Of a stretch of 64,000 bases of DNA, positions 1 to 8,549 are shown one piece after another. The position numbers were made by a program, and so were the translations under genes. A model generated the notes under the pieces. It did not search any database, was not told where the DNA came from, and was given only the letters and a program-made list of their open reading frames with translations. The DNA comes from Nitrospinales bacterium (GTDB taxonomy: Bacteria > Nitrospinota > Nitrospinia > Nitrospinales > VA-1). The stretch covers positions 768,001-832,000 of the forward strand of contig OZ253496.1 of NCBI GenBank assembly GCA_965262115.1. The letters are read 5' to 3'. The stretch's first letter is position 1. Every line of letters starts with the position of its first letter.

Positions 1-646
1 TTTCATCGAATAATAAATGAAACAACAGCAATGAAATTTCATTATGCCGAGGATGCTTTTCCCATGAAAACTTGCCAGTTTTTACATCTATGTGTTGACC
101 ATCATCTGGCACATCTTCAAAATTTTTCTTCTTTAACAACTTAGCTAACCAATCTTGAAATCCAGAATCAATTTTTCCGATATCATGCCAGCAACCCGCA
201 ATGAAAACAGATTCAGCGAGATTGTCATCACCGGGCACTAATTTTCGTGTAATCCTATAAGCCAAATACCCCGCCGCAAACAAATGCTGATCCAGCCTTT
301 GACCCTTGGTATTTGCATAATATTGGTCTGTCATAATTTCTATCTCTCCGATAATTATTCGATTATTTGTGTGATTCACTGGCACCACGCCCTGCTCATC
401 AAACTTATCTTTGTTCCCCACCACCCAAAGAAACTGCGAGCGGCTGCGGCTTCTGATCCAATGACAACTCACTGCGGTATTTTTTGAAGCGGTTTTTCTC
501 AGCAGTTTTTTTACTGCACCCAACCCCTCACTGGTAATAACGGTTTGCCAGGTGTTGTCACCAATACGGTTGGCGAAGCTGTCCAGTACCCGCCGGGTTC
601 GGTTAAGGGCTTTTTTCTCGCATTGTGAAACAAAGGTGACCATCAT
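1..646 (-). CDS. cas3: Type I-F Cas2-Cas3 fusion, N-terminal part (continues beyond left edge)
   Basis: Manual translation from ATG 646, overlapping the cas1 stop (ATGA): MMVTFVSQCEKKALNRTRRVLDSFANRIGDNTWQTVIT...SCHWIRSRSRSQFLWVVGN (I-F Cas2 domain), then YANTKGQGLDQHL...AGCWHDIGK (HD nuclease). Open to position 1; absent from the ORF track. Confidence 0.93.
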   Translation of the reverse strand, partial: MMVTFVSQCEKKALNRTRRVLDSFANRIGDNTWQTVITSEGLGAVKKLLRKTASKNTAVSCHWIRSRSRSQFLWVVGNKDKFDEQGVVPVNHTNNRIIIGEIEIMTDQYYANTKGQRLDQHLFAAGYLAYRITRKLVPGDDNLAESVFIAGCWHDIGKIDSGFQDWLAKLLKKKNFEDVPDDGQHIDVKTGKFSWEKHPRHNEISLLLFHLLFDE

Positions 647-1605
647 GCGGCTTCACCTTTGTTTTTGTGATGCTGTAAGGCAATGGCTTTCACCTGCTCA
701 AACATAAAATCCAATGCTTTGTGATCGGTAAACGCTTGCAGGCATTGCTCGCGAAATTCCTGTTCGGTAGCACCTTCCTTGGCACAGATAAATGACCAGG
801 GCAGTACCAGCGTGTCTTTTATTAAATCTGCCACATCGAACACCAGTGCGCCACGGCGGGTTTTCCCGTGCATGACGGCGAAGCCGTGGGGGATGCCCAG
901 CACCCATAGCGTGGTTGCGGCCAACCCATAAGCCAGGTAGTTGCCGTGGTTCAAAAAAGCATTGGCAATATCGACTGATTCTCTTTCACGCACAAAATCG
1001 CCATGCTTGGTTCTGCCGGCGGCTATTTTGTAAAGCCGTTTGGTGAGGTCGGCTTCAATTTGGAATAACTTGCTGACTTTTTGCGCCTGTTCGATTTTGG
1101 AGCCGGTATTATTTAGCACAGACGTTATATCTTCATCATGACTATTAAATCCCGCGTCCATCAAGTCGCGGTCTTTTGACCAGATCGTTTGCATAAACTG
1201 AATACGTGCCGTTTGAAATTGCCTGGCCGCCGCCAGACGTTTTTGCTCGTCAAACCAGAAGTTCATCCAGCCCTGGACATACTCGGTAGGGCGATATTCG
1301 CTTTGCGGTGACAGCCATTCGATCTCGGTGGCCATGAGCAGTGGCGTACCGCCGCCGCCACAGAAGCCGACCAGCACGCCGGCCTGAGCCAGCATACGCA
1401 TGGCGGCCTGGGTGATGGAGGTGCCGGTTCCCAATAGCAAGCAGGTGGTATTGGCTATCGGAATATTCCAGTACTGGTTTTCGTTTTTGGCTTCCGTGAG
1501 ATACAGTACGCGTCCATCTTTCTGCATCACCCGGCATTTTTCCAGGTAATAGATATTGGCGCGCTTGGAATGCAGGATGGCTTTGAGGTCGGTGAGTTGT
1601 TCCAT
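643..1605 (-). CDS. cas1: Type I-F CRISPR-associated endonuclease Cas1
   Basis: LHSKRANIYYLEKCRV, YWNIPIANT, FLNHGNYLAYGLAA, HGKTRRGALVFDVADLIKD are I-F Cas1 motifs; coupled to cas2-3. Confidence 0.97.
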   Translation of the reverse strand: MEQLTDLKAILHSKRANIYYLEKCRVMQKDGRVLYLTEAKNENQYWNIPIANTTCLLLGTGTSITQAAMRMLAQAGVLVGFCGGGGTPLLMATEIEWLSPQSEYRPTEYVQGWMNFWFDEQKRLAAARQFQTARIQFMQTIWSKDRDLMDAGFNSHDEDITSVLNNTGSKIEQAQKVSKLFQIEADLTKRLYKIAAGRTKHGDFVRERESVDIANAFLNHGNYLAYGLAATTLWVLGIPHGFAVMHGKTRRGALVFDVADLIKDTLVLPWSFICAKEGATEQEFREQCLQAFTDHKALDFMFEQVKAIALQHHKNKGEAA

Positions 1606-1807
1606 GTTTTTTTCTAAAATGATCTGTGCATGTCCTGTTTTTTTTATGGATTTTTCCAGCTTCTAATTTATACCATATCTGTTTTATAGCCCTAACACCA
1701 TACTCATCTGGCGAGGTCGTGGAAGCGCGTAAGAAGGCAGTATATTATTGGAAAATACCGCATGGAAACAACTCCACCGGGGCAATCGGCTTAAAAAGGT
1801 TTGCATC

Positions 1808-1836
1808 TTGAAAACAAATTCGGAGAATGCTATAAT
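1808..1836 (+). promoter_or_regulatory. Sigma70-like promoter
   Basis: TTGAAA-17 nt-TATAAT with extended TG, upstream of the ORF at 1899. Confidence 0.6.
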
Positions 1837-1898
1837 GGGCGAGAATCAAAATATAAAGTCCGCCTGGAATCTGGATACCTAGAAGAAAAAGGAGGAGA

Positions 1899-2198
1899 AT
1901 GAAGTTAATTTTAATGATTTTTGCAGTTTCTTTTCTAACCTCTTGCGCCTCCTCCAATGGCGTTGTTTTGCCAGAAGTAATTCCCGTGGCCTAAAAAATC
2001 TTTACAGTCAATGATAAAGGGACCTTAGAAATTATAGGCCAGGACATGATAGCCCAGCCCAAACACTGGCTATATGTCCAATGCGATCACTGGCGCGGCT
2101 GTTATATGCGTTGCCAGGGAAAAATAAATTCCTGCAAAAAGGTAACTACGAATTTCAAGCTTGATGTAGATTATATTTTTTCTCAAGCTGGATCGTAG
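1899..2198 (+). pseudogene. Small Cys-containing lipoprotein interrupted by an in-frame TAA
   Basis: AGGAGG RBS; MKLILMIFAVSFLTSC lipobox; TAA at 1992-1994; the same frame stays open for 67 more codons (KIFTVNDKG...QCDHWRGCYMRCQG...AGS*). Confidence 0.65.
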
Positions 2199-2267
2199 AA
2201 ATAGCCAACATTTTATTAGCCTGTTTCTTTTTAGCTCCATCCAACATCGGCAACTTTAAATTCCCTT

Positions 2268-2296
2268 TTGACAATAGTTCAAAACTCGTTCATGAT
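2268..2296 (+). promoter_or_regulatory. Sigma70-like promoter
   Basis: TTGACA-17 nt-CATGAT just upstream of a structured GC-rich segment. Confidence 0.6.
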
Positions 2297-2301
2297 TTGG
2301 G

Positions 2302-2485
2302 ATGCGGGTTGCGTGGCGGGTTTAACGGGGAAGCCCATGGTGCCATATGTCAATTCCCTGAGAAGGAGGTGATCCCATGCTATCTGACAGTATCCGGGGA
2401 GCTTCTGGAGTAATTTGTTAACCCAAGATTAACGGAAGCTCCTGTGTTTTTAAAACGCCCCGCTTTGAAAGCGGGGCGTTTTTTT
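2302..2485 (+). ncRNA. Candidate ~185-nt small RNA / mini-ORF transcript
   Basis: Own promoter; AAGGAGGTGATCC (2363-2375); 14-codon ORF 2377-2421; hairpin GGAGCTTC/GAAGCTCC; strong terminator. Confidence 0.55.
2452..2485 (+). terminator. Intrinsic terminator (possibly bidirectional)
   Basis: AAAACGCCCCGCTTT-G-AAAGCGGGGCGTTTT followed by further Ts. Confidence 0.85.
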
Positions 2486-2689
2486 ATACTTCTTTAAAGA
2501 ATTAATTCGAACCACTTTTCATAAAAACTCATCATCCATATTAAGTTCTCCCTCGCAATTATTTTACCTTGTGCAACCAAAGACATTACAAAAATCATAA
2601 TTAATAATCACGCCTTAGAGTTTAATATTCCTTAAACCCTTGAAATATGATATTTTCAGCATCAGAAATGATTTCAAGGGAAATAACGA

Positions 2690-3772
2690 ATGGTGGATTT
2701 CAAACAATTGCTAGCCCAAGAAAACACATATATAATTCAGGCATTTCTGGTCATGTTCGCGGCATTGCTTGTGGATTTGTGCCAGAAGAAAATTTTTAGA
2801 ACCTTATTAAAAAAGGCGGAACACACCCGGAACAAATGGGATGATGCCTTCCTGCTATCCCTTCCCCGTCCACTAAGTCTCATCGTCTGGATAACGGGCA
2901 TCGCCTTCGCCGGCGAAATCATCCAAAAGGCCACCGGAGCCGTGATTCTGGAAGTCTTCACGCCCTTACGCGATACAACCATTGTTGCCGCCCTGGCCTG
3001 GTTTTTAATTCTTTCCATCCGCAATGCTGAAGCAAGCTATCTGACCTCCGACAAAGATATCGACCCAACCACCCTGGATGCCATATCAAAGCTGGCTCGC
3101 ATATCTGTCGCCATCACAGCCATCTTGATGATGCTGCAAACACTCGGGCTCAGCATTTCCGGCGTCCTGGCTTTTGGGGGTGTCGGCGGTATAGCCGTGG
3201 GCTTTGCGGCCAAAGACCTGCTGTCAAATTTCTTCGGAGGACTCTTTATATATATGGACCGGCCTTTCGCAGTGGGAGACTGGATCCGCTCTCCGGATCG
3301 GGAAATTGAAGGGGTTGTCGAGAAAATTGGCTGGAGGGTCACTATAATAAGAACCTTCGACAAGCGACCGCTGTATGTTCCCAATGCTATTTTTTCGCAA
3401 ATCGCGGTGGAAAATCCTTCCCGCATGCAGAACCGGAGAATCAAGGAAACCATCGGAATTCGTTATGACGATGCGGACAAAATGGAAACGATCACGAGTC
3501 AGGTTGAAAAAATGTTACAAGATCATCCTGAAATTGACGCCAATAAAACCTTGATGGTCAACTTCAATAGTTTTGCCTCTTCCTCGCTTGACTTTTTCAT
3601 CTACACTTTCACCAGAACGACAAATTGGGAAAAATATCACACCATCAAACAGGACATTCTTTTAAAGATTTTGAAAATTGTTGAATACAATGGAGCAGAA
3701 ACGGCATTCCCCACTTCAACCATTCACTTGGCCCAACAGGAAGCAATGAAAAACCCAGAAGCTCAACACTGA
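2690..3772 (+). CDS. mscS: MscS-family mechanosensitive channel
   Basis: GGVGGIAVGFAAKDLLSNFFGG, DRPFAVGDWI, GVVEKIGWRVT, VPNA motifs; N-terminal TM helices. Confidence 0.92.
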   Translation: MVDFKQLLAQENTYIIQAFLVMFAALLVDLCQKKIFRTLLKKAEHTRNKWDDAFLLSLPRPLSLIVWITGIAFAGEIIQKATGAVILEVFTPLRDTTIVAALAWFLILSIRNAEASYLTSDKDIDPTTLDAISKLARISVAITAILMMLQTLGLSISGVLAFGGVGGIAVGFAAKDLLSNFFGGLFIYMDRPFAVGDWIRSPDREIEGVVEKIGWRVTIIRTFDKRPLYVPNAIFSQIAVENPSRMQNRRIKETIGIRYDDADKMETITSQVEKMLQDHPEIDANKTLMVNFNSFASSSLDFFIYTFTRTTNWEKYHTIKQDILLKILKIVEYNGAETAFPTSTIHLAQQEAMKNPEAQH

Positions 3773-3779
3773 TTTTTGT

Positions 3780-4877
3780 ATGAACCCACGCTATTTTTTC
3801 CTAAAAACCCCAGTACTTCTTTGTTTAACCGCAATACTTCCATTGCTACTTATGAGTTGCGCAAACCTGGGCCCAACAACTTTGAAAAGCGAAAGAAGCA
3901 ACTACAACATGGCGGTGCAAAGAACTAACGACGAACAACTTTTGCTCAACCTGGTCCGGCTCAAATACCGGGACACACCTTTTTTCATGGAAGTGAGCAG
4001 TGTGGCATCCCAATTCACCCTGTCGACCAGCGCCAATGCCAGTGCCACTTTGCAGGAAGGCGTCAAAGGACTGTTTGGTTTAGGGGGAAGTGTGGGATTG
4101 ACTGAAAGGCCAACCGTGACCTATTCTCCTCTACAGGGAGACCAATTTATCCAGCGTGTGCTATCTCCCCTTCCCCTGCAGACTATCGTTCTTCTATTTC
4201 ATTCCGGCTGGAGCATTGAGAGAATTTTCCGGTTATGTTTTCAACGGATGAACCATCTCAAAAATGCTCCGGGTGCATCGGGGCCCACCCCCAGCCTTGC
4301 CCCAAAATTCAAGGAATTCAATTCTGCAATAAAACTTTTAAGAGAGTTGCAAGTTCAAGATGCCATAAACTTTTCTTATCGTGAGGTGAATGGAGTGCCT
4401 CAATTGATTCTGCATATAAATGAAGAGTATAGAAAGCGGGAGGAGGCAAAACAGTTTGCCCTTGCTATGAATATCCAACCTGGGAGAGCCCAATATGTAC
4501 TGACTTCTTCCTACAGAGAGAGAGACCAGATCGGGGTCGTCACCCGTTCCCTTCTGGGTATCATGTTCTATATTTCCCAGGCGGTAGAAGTCCCAAGAGA
4601 AGATGTTTTGAAAGGCAAGGTCACTCAGACCAAAACACCCGATGGAAATGCTTTTGACTGGAAGGAAGTGACGGGCGATCTGTTGAGGATTCGTTCTCGT
4701 TCTGAAAACCCCCAAGCCGGATTCATGACTATTTTCTACCGCAGAACCTGGTTTTATATTGACGATTCGGATTTATCCTCCAAATCCACATTCTCTCTTC
4801 TGGCTCAGATTTTTTCATTGCAAGCAGGCAAGATTACAAATAACGCCCCACTCCTCACACTTCCCGTAGGCCAATAA
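3780..4877 (+). CDS. Uncharacterised lipoprotein
   Basis: 365 aa, lipobox LLMSC, EQLLLNLVRLKYRD and WFYIDDSD motifs; follows mscS by 7 nt. Confidence 0.8.
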   Translation: MNPRYFFLKTPVLLCLTAILPLLLMSCANLGPTTLKSERSNYNMAVQRTNDEQLLLNLVRLKYRDTPFFMEVSSVASQFTLSTSANASATLQEGVKGLFGLGGSVGLTERPTVTYSPLQGDQFIQRVLSPLPLQTIVLLFHSGWSIERIFRLCFQRMNHLKNAPGASGPTPSLAPKFKEFNSAIKLLRELQVQDAINFSYREVNGVPQLILHINEEYRKREEAKQFALAMNIQPGRAQYVLTSSYRERDQIGVVTRSLLGIMFYISQAVEVPREDVLKGKVTQTKTPDGNAFDWKEVTGDLLRIRSRSENPQAGFMTIFYRRTWFYIDDSDLSSKSTFSLLAQIFSLQAGKITNNAPLLTLPVGQ

Positions 4878-4915
4878 AACCAAACCTCTTTTTGCTCTGC
4901 TGATATTTTTTTAAA

Positions 4916-5419
4916 TCAGGTGGAAAGTTCGATCCTTTTGTTCAAAGCATTTCGTCTGCTGACCAGCCGGTCCAGAAACAGCTTTCCATCCAAATGGTCA
5001 ATCTCGTGCTGAACCGCGCGGGCTTCATAACCCGACATGCGAAACTGACGCTTCTCACCATTTTCATTCCAAGCTTCCAGGACGATAGATTTTGCCCTCT
5101 CTACTTTGCCGGTATAGTCCGGCACCGAGAGGCAACCCTCCCTTCCTAAACTGTTTGCCTCACTAAACGTGATTTTTGGGTTTATCAAGACCAAAAACCC
5201 ATGATTCTCATGCTGAGGCTTATGGGAAATATCCACAAGAACAATTCTTTCAAATTTACCCACCTGCGGAGCCGCAATCCCTACGCATCCGGGAAAAGAA
5301 CGAAAGGTTTCTTCAAGATCCCGGATAAACTTCCTTATATCTTCAGAAAATTCTTTCACAGGCTGGGAGATTTGCTTCAGCCTTTTATCCGGATAAATCA
5401 GAACATTCAGGAGGGCCAT
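4916..5419 (-). CDS. def: Peptide deformylase
   Basis: GIAAPQVG, EGCLS and QHEIDHLDG motifs all intact. Confidence 0.96.
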   Translation of the reverse strand: MALLNVLIYPDKRLKQISQPVKEFSEDIRKFIRDLEETFRSFPGCVGIAAPQVGKFERIVLVDISHKPQHENHGFLVLINPKITFSEANSLGREGCLSVPDYTGKVERAKSIVLEAWNENGEKRQFRMSGYEARAVQHEIDHLDGKLFLDRLVSRRNALNKRIELST

Positions 5420-5425
5420 GGGGCT

Positions 5426-5950
5426 CTATCCCACCATGGTATCGATGGGAGTCATACGGGCCACCACATCATTTTCGCGGGCCAGTTTTTGCAGGGCCTT
5501 ATCCACAGCTTCCAAACCTTTCCCGGCAACCCCTTCGATATGCATGACATAAACAGGGCTGTCCGGATTGCCTCCTACATCCGACTCAAGATTGAGGATA
5601 TTTAACCCGGCTTTGTTCAACGCGTCGGTGGCACGAGCAACGATACCGGCCTGATCTGCACCGTGAATACTGATTCGCACATCTGGTTCGATATGCTGGT
5701 GTAGACCAGCATCTATCTCATCCAGATGAAAAAACAATTCCAACTTATCGCATACCGGTCGAAGCTTTTCCTGTACAGCGGATTTCTTTCCCGGAATGCA
5801 AACCATAAGCATGATGGTGAAGTTACCACCAAGGCGGGTCATTGATGCTTCCCCCAGGTTTCCCTTAAGATCAAACAAAGCATGGGTGATTTCGGCAACG
5901 ATTCCGGGTCGGTCTTTACCTACCAATGTCAGCATCAACCAGTTTTCCAT
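5426..5950 (-). CDS. Tandem ACT-domain protein (GcvR-like)
   Basis: GKDRPGIVA and GADQAGIVA ACT repeats; start chosen to match the paralogue at 17689. Confidence 0.85.
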   Translation of the reverse strand: MENWLMLTLVGKDRPGIVAEITHALFDLKGNLGEASMTRLGGNFTIMLMVCIPGKKSAVQEKLRPVCDKLELFFHLDEIDAGLHQHIEPDVRISIHGADQAGIVARATDALNKAGLNILNLESDVGGNPDSPVYVMHIEGVAGKGLEAVDKALQKLARENDVVARMTPIDTMVG

Positions 5951-5968
5951 CTCAATATCTCCCATTGA

Positions 5969-6226
5969 TTAAGCTTTCTGAGCCAGCCACTGTTGAAACA
6001 ACGCCAGGGCTTCTTTATAACGGCTCGCAACAAACCGTTTGTCTGTGGGGGGTTCCAAGCCATTATCATTTGAAATCACAATATACTTTTCGGTGATACT
6101 TTCATTTTGCATAAAAATCGAAGCACCGGTTCCCATCACATAACCCGTGCCGCGGAAAAGTTCTTCATGAATCGCTTTGGGATTATTGGAAACGGACAGG
6201 CCGTCTTTATTGATTAGATCAGTCAT
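5969..6226 (-). CDS. Hypothetical protein
   Basis: 85-aa ORF tightly packed between mqnE and the ACT gene. Confidence 0.7.
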   Translation of the reverse strand: MTDLINKDGLSVSNNPKAIHEELFRGTGYVMGTGASIFMQNESITEKYIVISNDNGLEPPTDKRFVASRYKEALALFQQWLAQKA

Positions 6227-6264
6227 ATTAAAAAAAATCTTCCTGCATTTCAGAACATTACATT

Positions 6265-7377
6265 CTAATACGCGCCACCCACCTGCAATTCCTCAACCTT
6301 CTCATAGAGTGTGTCCCGTTCTACAGGTTTTCTCCCGGATTCTGTGATCATGTGAATGATCTGATCCTTGTGAAAAACCTGATCCGTTGCCGCTCCAGCG
6401 GCATGAATGATCTTCTCTTCAACAACTGTTCCATCCATATCATCGGCGCCAAAAGATTGGGCAAGCTGGGCAATTTTAGGCGTGATCATAATCCAGAATG
6501 CTTTCACATGCGGGAAATTATCCAGCATCAATCTCGAAACCGCCAGAGCTCTGAGATCCAACTGCCCCGGCGTGGTTTTCAAAAAATCCAACACGGTGTT
6601 TTCCGGATGAAACGCTAACGGAATAAACGTGACAAAGCCATGAGTCTGATCCTGTAATTCCCTGAGCTGCACCAGATGATCCGATCTTTCTTCCGCAGTT
6701 TCCAAATGCCCATAAAGCATGGTCGCGTTACTTTTTAACCCAACAAAATGGGCTATTTCATGAACCTGCAACCACTCTTCACCCGTAATCTTGTCCCCGC
6801 AAATTTTTCGGCGCACCCGTTTCGCGAAAACTTCCGCGCCGCCGCCCGGAATGGACCCTAAACCGGCCGCCTTTAAAACTTCCAGCGTTTCTTTTAAAGG
6901 AAGATTCCCCAGGCGAGAAAGGTATTCCACCTCCACTGCTGTATAGGCCTGGATATGAACCAACGGAAAGCGTTCTTTCAACCCCTTCAACAGGTCGAGA
7001 TAATATCCAAACGGATAATCCGGGTGAAGGCCACCAACGATATGAAATTCACTGACCTCTCCCCCGTTATATTTTTCAGCATCCGAAAAAATTTCTTCCA
7101 GTGACTTTTCATAAGCGTGAGGATGATCGGCCTTGACGCCAAAGGCGCAAAACTGGCAACTCAAAACACAAACATTTGTCGGGTTAATATGCCGATTGTG
7201 AATGAAGTAGGTCTTGTCACCATTCAACCTTTCCCGCACTATGTTGGCCATAAACCCCACGCCCAGCAGGTCATGGGTTTTCCAAAGGATCACCCCATCT
7301 TCATAAGAAAGACGGGTCCCTGTCATTACTTTTTCATAAATGGGTTGCAACGTCGAATCTTCAAATTCAAAAAGCAT
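6265..7377 (-). CDS. mqnE: Aminofutalosine synthase (radical SAM, CofH/MqnE family)
   Basis: CVLSCQFC radical-SAM motif, IPGGGAE, FGADDMDGTVVEEKI; adjacent to a UbiA-like gene. Confidence 0.88.
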   Translation of the reverse strand: MLFEFEDSTLQPIYEKVMTGTRLSYEDGVILWKTHDLLGVGFMANIVRERLNGDKTYFIHNRHINPTNVCVLSCQFCAFGVKADHPHAYEKSLEEIFSDAEKYNGGEVSEFHIVGGLHPDYPFGYYLDLLKGLKERFPLVHIQAYTAVEVEYLSRLGNLPLKETLEVLKAAGLGSIPGGGAEVFAKRVRRKICGDKITGEEWLQVHEIAHFVGLKSNATMLYGHLETAEERSDHLVQLRELQDQTHGFVTFIPLAFHPENTVLDFLKTTPGQLDLRALAVSRLMLDNFPHVKAFWIMITPKIAQLAQSFGADDMDGTVVEEKIIHAAGAATDQVFHKDQIIHMITESGRKPVERDTLYEKVEELQVGGAY

Positions 7378-7479
7378 CTCGTAAAACTCCAATAATCAAA
7401 AAATTAGGAACCGTATATTATAACCTATCCCTCTCCCGAATGGTTATAGCAAGGTTCATGCCCAACCCGCCAAAAAAAT

Positions 7480-8337
7480 TTACACCCAAACGCAATCGAC
7501 AATCACGAAAATCATGAGCCCGATACTGATGATGCCGTTGACGTTGAAGAAGGCCATATTCACTTTTGACAAATCATCTTTCTTGACCAGCGAATGTTCG
7601 TAAACCAGAAAACCCGCAACCCCCACCACCCCCGCCAGATAAACCGGGCCTAGAAGAACCGTAGGTTCTAATAATACCAGCAGGAACACCACCATCACCG
7701 CATGCGAAGCAAAAGCCATCTTCAAGGCCGTCTCAACCCCGAACCGCTCGGGGATAGAGTGCAACCGGTTCACCCTGTCTGCCTCAACATCCATACACGA
7801 ATAAAGAATGTCGAATCCGACCAGCCAGAAAATCACCGCCGCGCCCAACAAAAGCGAGGTGAAAGAAATTTCTTCGCGGATGGCGACCCAGGCCCCGACC
7901 GGCGCAATAGAGATGGCAAGCCCCAGCCAGAAATGTGAAAACGCGGTGAAGCGTTTCGTCAAAGAATAAAAAAACACGATGATCAAAGCTACGGGAGAAA
8001 GGTAGAAAGCCAGTGGGTTCAGCATCCACGCAGAAAAAACAAACAGAGCAGAAGACGCGATCAGGAAGGCCCAGTAACTGCCCGTGCTGACCAGGCCGGA
8101 AGGCAGAGCCCGGTCCTGGGTGCGCGGGTTTTCCTTATCAAACCGGGAATCGACAATGCGATTAAAAGCCATCGCCGCACTTCTCGCGCCCAGCATGCAG
8201 ACCACGATCCAAACCAGTTTCTCAACTTCCGGCATCCTGCCGGCAGCCAGAAACGCGCTCATCACCGCAAACGGCAAGGCAAACACCGTATGCTGGATCT
8301 TAATGTCCGAAAAAATTATGGCGAGCTTAGTGGGCAA
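7480..8337 (-). CDS. ubiA: UbiA-family prenyltransferase (MqnP-like)
   Basis: IKIQHTVFALPFA, ARSAAMAFNRIVD..D..NPRT, GFDILYSCMD. Confidence 0.9.
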   Translation of the reverse strand: MPTKLAIIFSDIKIQHTVFALPFAVMSAFLAAGRMPEVEKLVWIVVCMLGARSAAMAFNRIVDSRFDKENPRTQDRALPSGLVSTGSYWAFLIASSALFVFSAWMLNPLAFYLSPVALIIVFFYSLTKRFTAFSHFWLGLAISIAPVGAWVAIREEISFTSLLLGAAVIFWLVGFDILYSCMDVEADRVNRLHSIPERFGVETALKMAFASHAVMVVFLLVLLEPTVLLGPVYLAGVVGVAGFLVYEHSLVKKDDLSKVNMAFFNVNGIISIGLMIFVIVDCVWV

Positions 8338-8416
8338 AACTCTTCGTTCTTTCTATTGGAATTTTCTATTTATTCGGTACTTTTCTCTAAAGCCACACCC
8401 ACCCCCGTGGGATGGC

Positions 8417-8454
8417 GTGATATTCTTCCCTAACATTCATGCTCTGGAGGGGTA
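8417..8454 (-). repeat. ~40-bp hairpin micro-element, single copy
   Basis: Reverse complement TACCCCTCCAGAGCATGAATGTTAGGGAAGAATATCAC fits the family consensus. Confidence 0.75.
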
Positions 8455-8549
8455 GAAAGTCATTGCTAGTCGGGTCCAGCGTCACGCTGGCGGCGGCTAT
8501 GCCAGTTTATGATACAGTGTTCCAATTCCAACGCAAAAACTTTACGCAC

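Noticed and set aside
1772..1885. Possible degenerate I-F repeats (CCGG-GGCAA-TCGG-CTTAAAAA; ...CCTAGAAG) forming a creA/creR mini-array upstream of cas1
   Set aside because: The first matches the MITE core CGGCTTAAAAAGG (compare about 58850), the second has no hairpin, and the spacing is not about 32 nt. Worth rechecking once the real repeat is known.
2310..2360. Cobalamin or ZTP riboswitch resemblance (TTAACGGGGAAGCC)
   Set aside because: The other conserved elements are missing and downstream genes are unrelated.
8439..8549. N-terminal extension of the msbA ORF
   Set aside because: It begins inside the micro-element; the paralogue indicates a start at 8550.
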